Assembly (NCBI GenBank): GCA_964016885.1
Contig: OZ024741.1
Coordinates: 399,094,001 to 399,158,000 of the forward strand
Reading direction: 5' to 3'
DNA from: Eledone cirrhosa
Lineage: Eukaryota
DNA: 64,000 nucleotides
In this document: positions 56,386-64,000 of the stretch, in pieces
How positions within the stretch are numbered: the stretch's first letter is position 1
Layout of the letters: each line of letters begins with the position of its first letter
The notes under the pieces: model-generated
Seen by the model: only the letters and a program-made list of their open reading frames with translations
Databases searched by the model: none
Told to the model about the DNA's origin: nothing
Program-made: the position numbers and the translations under genes

Positions 56386-58485
56386 CTGATTATGAATATC
56401 AAATTCAAAAAGCGGAGGAATAATAAACTCCAGAATGACATAAATACATTCCTAAAATAGCTGCGAACCACCAATGGAATTATTGTCAAAGCAGACAAAA
56501 CCTCAAATGTGTATACGATGGATGTTAATACCTACAATAGCTTCATACGGAAGGAATTACATAGGAAATACAAAAAACTAATGAGGCGGCACTGATAAAC
56601 ATCAACAACGAGGCACACAATATAGTCAAACACCTAGGAATAGAGGACAGAACGGAGCCACTTAGGCCATGTACCCCCACATTTAACCTCAAGGACCATA
56701 AGGTAAATTTTGATTATAACCCCACAATTAGACTTATATGCCCGTCCAAATCGGACATCGGGAAAATTAGTAAACATATATTAGATAGAGTGATAGCACA
56801 AATGAAGAATAAACTAGTCATTAAACTATGGGGTAACGCTACCGAAACAATTAAATGGTTTAACAATATAGCTAACAAAGAAGTATCTAAATTTATACAA
56901 TTTGACATTAACGACTATTACTACTCTATATCCCCCAACACTTTGGATAAAGCCTTAACATTCGCCAAAGCCAATTCTGACCTAACAGACGACGAGATAA
57001 AAATTATATTAGCTGCTAGGAAAACAATAATTAAATTTGAAAACGCCTATTGGGAACGTAAGGATAGATTAAATAACTTTGACATCACGATGGGGCTAAC
57101 GACTCGGCCCAAGTCACAGATTTAGTAGGTATTTACATAGCCCATAGTTTACAGAGTGAGTTTAGCGACTTTCACGGTGGAATCTACAGAGACGACGCCC
57201 TTCTCCTAGTTAAGAGCCTAAATAACCAGAGCATAGAAAGACTCCGTAAGAATATTAGAAAGACTCTCGGGAAACTAGGCATAACGTATGAGTATAGCAC
57301 TAAAACAGTTAACTTTCTAGACGCGACGCTTAACCTAAATACGGGACTTATAAGACCTTTTCACAAGATTAATGAAAACTTAGCATACATCAACTGTAAC
57401 TCAAACCACCCACTATCAATAATTAAATCCATTCCACGCAGCATATGCCTTAGGATCTCCCGCCTCTCGTTTAACCGACAAATCTTCGAGGAACATGCAG
57501 AATACTACAATACCGCATTAGACAAGGCATGCCACTTAGATAGAGTAGAATATATAGATGAAAGCCTCCGCAAAGCGCACATGAACACGCATAACACAAA
57601 CTCCAGAAACACACGCACACACGCATTTACGCATAGAACTACAAATTACACGGTAAATAGAAATACAACATCGAAATCAAACAAGTCACGCAGAAGAAAA
57701 TATATTTGGTATAACCCCATATTTAACACCCCTATTAGTACTAACCTACCCTCTACCTTCTTTAGAATAATAAATAAGCACTTTCCAGATTCACATAGAT
57801 ACAGCAAAATCCTTAACACTAAATCTATTAGACTATCTTACTCCACGGCACCAAATATAGAGGCACACATTAAGATACTTAACGCTAAAAAGATACATAA
57901 CAACACCAGAACACAAATTTATAACAATAACAATACAATCACCATTGAACACAACAGAATATCTAATACACAACCACCCACTAATAGGCAAACAAAACGT
58001 AACACACTTGTACAGGCATCGCAGCCCACCAATAATGCCAAAGTTGCCCATGACAAGAATTGTAACTGCCACCTACCTGAAACCTGTCCATTGCATAATG
58101 AATGTATGCTGTCTAACCAATGCACAGTGGAATCTGACAACCAGAAATGGTATTACATCGGAGCGACTGGGAATACATTTAAAGCCCGTTGGTATACACA
58201 CCGTTACGCAATGAAACATTCCCAGCATCGTTATGTGACTACCCTTGCAAACAAGACCTGGCAACTGAGGGAAAGTAACCATCAATACACCCTGAAGTGG
58301 AAACAATTATCGAACGCGCCCCCATATCGGAGTGGTATGAGAAGCTATCGATTATGCGACCTTGAGCTGTTCCACATTTTGAGTTCGAAGAATAAGTTAC
58401 TCAACAATAAAATCGAAAGATATTTATTGTAACCATAGACTCAAAGAAAAGTTTTCGCACTACAAGTGCAAATCGAACCCTTAAC
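56386..58485 (+). pseudogene. Penelope RT-GIY-YIG polyprotein, frameshifted
   Basis: IVKADKTSNVY, RLICPSKSDIGKISK, FIQFDINDYYYSI, FDITMG, GIYRDDAL, VNFLDATLNL, SNHP, WYNP, CNC..CPLHNEC, YYIGATGNTFKARWYTH. Confidence 0.93.
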
Positions 58486-58722
58486 CTCTTACTACCAACT
58501 GACAATCTGCATGTACTTAGACTTTATACCGTCTTATTGTGTCTAACCCCTTTAATTACCCACAAAAACCAATACCTATATCCCTCCCTTCTTCATTCCT
58601 CTTCTATTTCTTCGTTTTCTTCCTTTCTACCCTCCCCTTTTTGGCTATCTTTTCTTTTCTTCTTTCTCCCTCCTTTACTTTTATTTTTATCATTATTATT
58701 TTTATCTTTATTTTTTATATAT

Positions 58723-58823
<101 letters not shown>

Positions 58824-59105
58824 CTCCCACTATGATCAATTTAATTCTCTTTAACTCACTACAATCGACGACATGAAGTCTACGTATCAAAACTGATCAA
58901 GGAATCCTTCCACCTCTACCCCTCCCTCCATCTCAATTTGTCACTCTACTTCCTAACTCTTCTCCCCCTTCCTCTCTCTCTATAATATTCCGTTTGTCCC
59001 CTCACTTTCTAATTCCTCTTCCTCTCTCTCTATACTAGTAAATACAATTCCAAAAAAATGTTTTTCTCTATATATTAAGAACTATTTCAAGAGTAACTTA
59101 CTCAC

Positions 59106-59206
59106 TATTTTGAAAATTTGGACGTGAACAACAATTATACTTGAGTGGCTGCTATTTGCAGTATAGCAATATAAGGTTGCACTTACCAATGAAACGGTCG
59201 TAAATA
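59106..59206 (+). ncRNA. Candidate variant hammerhead (U3-A8 core, 64-nt loop II insert)
   Basis: UAUU-UUGAAAA-U-UUGG-(64 nt)-CCAA-U-GAA-ACG-GU-CGU-A-AAUA, located in the pLTR. Stems are short. Confidence 0.45.
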
Positions 59207-59661
59207 CCTGGATAAAATCCTTCTCTTAATGCTTACCTGTGTTTTCTCTTTTATACTTTATACTCCAAGATTGAACGGAATTCTTACAAACTTGTAGAGT
59301 TACCACTAACCGTACGTTGAAACCGTCCATGAAACGGGCTTTCTTAACCACGAACTGGATCACAATAAGCAATTTTCTGCTTCCCTAACTATATATATAT
59401 GCAACAAGCAAAGAAAATTTCAATGACACGAAAGATTTCCTGGTGGAAGTTCAAGTGTACTCCAGGTTGGTATCCAGTCTCGGGGTAAAAATCCAATTAG
59501 AAAATCCAACGAATTGTGAGAGGTTCACGTAAGCGTTGATATATATATGTATCTATTTATTTACCAGACTAAAAATTCTAATTTAGTCCAGAAATAACCG
59601 TTGAAACGGCTTGAGCTCTGTCGTCGGAGTCATACTTTCTCCTATACATATATATTTTCTT

Positions 59662-59697
59662 TCTTCTGATGAAGGACTAGCGTCCGAAACGTTAAGA
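59662..59697 (+). ncRNA. Minimal type I hammerhead ribozyme (Penelope pLTR fragment ~59,650-59,785)
   Basis: UCUU-CUGAUGA-A-GGAC-UAGC-GUCC-GAA-ACGU-U-AAGA; palindromic ACGU stem III. Confidence 0.8.
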
Positions 59698-59781
59698 CCA
59701 CCTTCCTTCTATATCAAGCGTTAACCTAATATATCCCTTCCATATACTGTACCGATTGTGTTATTATTTCTGTTTACCTTT

Positions 59782-59844
<63 letters not shown>

Positions 59845-60044
59845 TACATACATACATCCCCACTCCACCCGCCACCACCCCTACACGCCCCACACCTTTC
59901 CACCTCTTGTTTATCTTAATGTTTATTTTTATTTTTATTTGTACCCCTTCCACCGTTTTTCCTCCCTTTCTTCTCGCCAGCTTTTATAAATGTCTCTCCA
60001 CCACTCCCTCACACACCCTCGGAACTCTCTTCCCACCCACTTTT

Positions 60045-60075
60045 CTCCTGAAGAAGGGCTTATGCCCGAAAAGTC
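60045..60075 (+). ncRNA. Degenerate minimal hammerhead in another pLTR-like fragment (~59,860-60,140)
   Basis: CUGAAGA-A-GGGC-UUAU-GCCC-GAAA-AGUC; stem II intact, stems I and III disrupted. Confidence 0.55.
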
Positions 60076-60163
60076 CCCCCCCCCCCACTCTCAAGAGCGT
60101 GAAACTAATAAACCTTTGTTTTGTTCCCATTCCATTTTTCACTATATATATATATATATTCTT

Positions 60164-61750
<1,587 letters not shown>

Positions 61751-61817
61751 AATATTAAAGGTTAATTTGTCTCTAACACATCTCAATGAGAGAAATCTCT
61801 CTGAGAAGCATTATTAT

Positions 61818-62340
61818 ATCCCGCCGAGGTTAACTTTGCCTTTCATTTTTACGGGGTCGATAAAATAAAGTACCAGTAATGTACTGAGTAATTGCTGGCC
61901 TTGTGCCTAATATAGGAACAATTATTATATATTAAATGGCGGTGGATTGACAGTATCGGTAGAGGGTCGGACGCCATGCTTTCCAGCATAGTTACGTCCC
62001 CTTACGATCTGAGTTCAAATCCCGCCGAGGTTGACTTTGCCTTTCATCCTTACGGGGTCGATAAAATAAAGTACCAGTAATGCACTGGGTAATTTCTGGC
62101 CTTGTGCCAAAAGTAGAAACAATTATTACATATTAAAATGAGCAGTGGATTGGCAATATCGGTAGAGGGTGGGACGTCATGCTGTGCAGCATAGAGTTAC
62201 GGCTCTTTATGATCTGAGTTCAAATCCCGCTGAGGTCAACTTTGTCTTTCATCCTTACGGGGTCGATAAAATAAAGTATCAGTAATACACTGGGGTAATT
62301 GCTAACCTTGTGCCAAAAGTAGAAACAATTATTATATATT
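61818..62340 (+). mobile_element. Three head-to-tail tRNA-derived SINE copies (first 5'-truncated)
   Basis: Same family as 43,330-43,722, with A box, B box GAGTTCAAATCC, central GCCTTTCATCCTTACGGGGTCGATAAAATAAAGTACCAG and ATT-rich tail. Confidence 0.92.
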
Positions 62341-62683
62341 AAAATTAAATTAGAAAAAAGTCTAATTCTGGGAGTAGAAACAAGATAGGCAAGAAAGTAT
62401 TCTATCTATCTTCGTTTATATATAGATCTTCCTAGTTTCGTATGGGGAAGAATTATTATTGGAATCAACAATAATAGAAGAATCCGCTACACTCTAAACC
62501 TTAAAGTCTAAGAGAAGATATAATACTGTTTCCTTTGCCAAGGCAGCATGGTGGAATAAAAACACGTGTGGTGTTACGTTCTCAAAATCTCCTAGAACAT
62601 TAGGACTTCTTGACAGGTTTATAATTGTAGCTAGAAATAGTAGCTAGAAATAGTAGCCTAAAGACCGACACTGCCAGTCCACG

Positions 62684-63650
62684 ATAATAATAATTGTTTC
62701 TACTTTAGGCACAAGGCCAGCAATTACTCAGTGTATTACTGGTACTTTATTTTATCGACCCCGTAATGATGAAAGGCAAAGTCAACCTCGGCGGGATAAT
62801 AATAATTGTTTCTACTTTTGGCACAAGGTCAGCAATTATCCCAGTGCATTACTGGTACTTTATTTTATCGACCCCGTAAGAATGAACAGCAAAGCTAACC
62901 TGGGCGGGATTTTAATTCAGAACGTAAAGGGCCATAACTCTATGCTGCAAAACATGGTGTATGACGCTCTACCGATACTTCCAAACCACCACGATAATAA
63001 TAATAAAGGTTTCTAGTTTAGACACAAGGCCAACACATTTTGGGGGGAGAGGAAAGTCGATTTAGCGACCCCAGTGTATTACTGGTACTTTATTTTATCG
63101 AACCCGTAAAGATGAAAAGCAAAGCTAGCCTCAGCGGGATTTGAACTCAGAACGTAAAGGGTCGTAACTATATGACACAAAGCATAATATCTGACGTTCT
63201 ACCGATACTGCCAATCCACCGCCCTTATATAATTGTGTCTACTTTTGGCACAAGGCCAGCAATTATCCCAGTGTATTACTGGTACTTTATTTTATCGACC
63301 CCGTAAGGATGAAAGACAAAGTTAACCTCGGCGGGATTTGAACTCAGAATGGCAAGGGCCGTAACTCTATGCGTCAAAGCATGGCGTCCGACCCCCTATC
63401 GATACTGCCAATCCACCGCCCTTATATAATGATTTCTAGTATAGGCACAAGGCCAGTAATTTGGGGGAGGGGAAAGTCGATTAAATCGACCCCAGTACAT
63501 TACTGGTGCTTTATTTTATCGACCTCGTAAGGATGAAAGGCAAAGTTTACCTCGGCGGGATTTGAATTCAGAATGGCAAGGACCGTAACTCTATGCGTCA
63601 AAGCATGGCGTCCGACCCTCTACCGATACTGCCAATCCACGGCCCTTATA
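62684..63650 (-). mobile_element. Five head-to-tail tRNA-derived SINE copies
   Basis: Units at ~62,684-62,797 (truncated), 62,798-62,992, 62,995-63,225, 63,228-63,422 and 63,425-63,645. Confidence 0.92.
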
Positions 63651-64000
63651 TAATGATAATAAATGCTTATTCAGATTTTCAGAATACTATAACTCTTCAT
63701 TTCACACAAAAATACATCCTGCTTGATTTGATTCCTATTTTATAATGTCGAATAATAAATAACGTAAATACTACACCAAAATGTGACAATCAAAATATGT
63801 TTTAGTTTTGCGAGTCTTTCATTTTACTGCTTGCTTGACAAAGTATCCCTTTACTTACACAAAACTGCTGATGCCCGTAAAAGTACTATCAAAATAACCT
63901 ATATGTCTTCTATACAAACCTTATCCTTTTTTTTTTCTCTCCCATTTTTTCACTCATTTTTATTTTATTTTATTTTATTTTATTTTGTCATTGCTTTTAG

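Noticed and set aside
59261-59631. Long-range hammerhead pairing ACTCC-AAGATTG-AACGG with CCGTT-GAAAC...GTC-GGAGT
   Set aside because: The stems can pair, but the core AAGAUUG breaks the conserved U4 and A9 positions and needs a ~320-nt loop; too weak to call.

Overview
Eukaryotic, AT-rich, repeat-only window with no recognisable host gene. The SINE families and microsatellite load are consistent with an octopus or other coleoid cephalopod (inference, not verified). Bases 1-~35,230 are a 53-bp tandem satellite (~660 monomers) with nested duplications of 29, 33, 40, 32, 57 and ~220 monomers. The remaining ~29 kb is retroelement debris sitting in microsatellites. It contains a CRE-clade (restriction-like endonuclease) fragment interleaved with RTE 3' ends, an RTE/Expander-type 3' end with a (GAA)n tail, and five Tx1-clade LINE pieces, three of which sit in (TATC)n. 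It also contains at least three Penelope-like elements (RT and/or GIY-YIG), two with long inverted repeats, and tandem arrays of a tRNA-derived SINE. The most notable signal not shown by the ORF track is a set of hammerhead ribozyme motifs in the Penelope pseudo-LTRs, including a long AU-stem form and a candidate U3-A8 core variant with a large insertion. All coordinates and folds were read by eye and may be off by a few bases.
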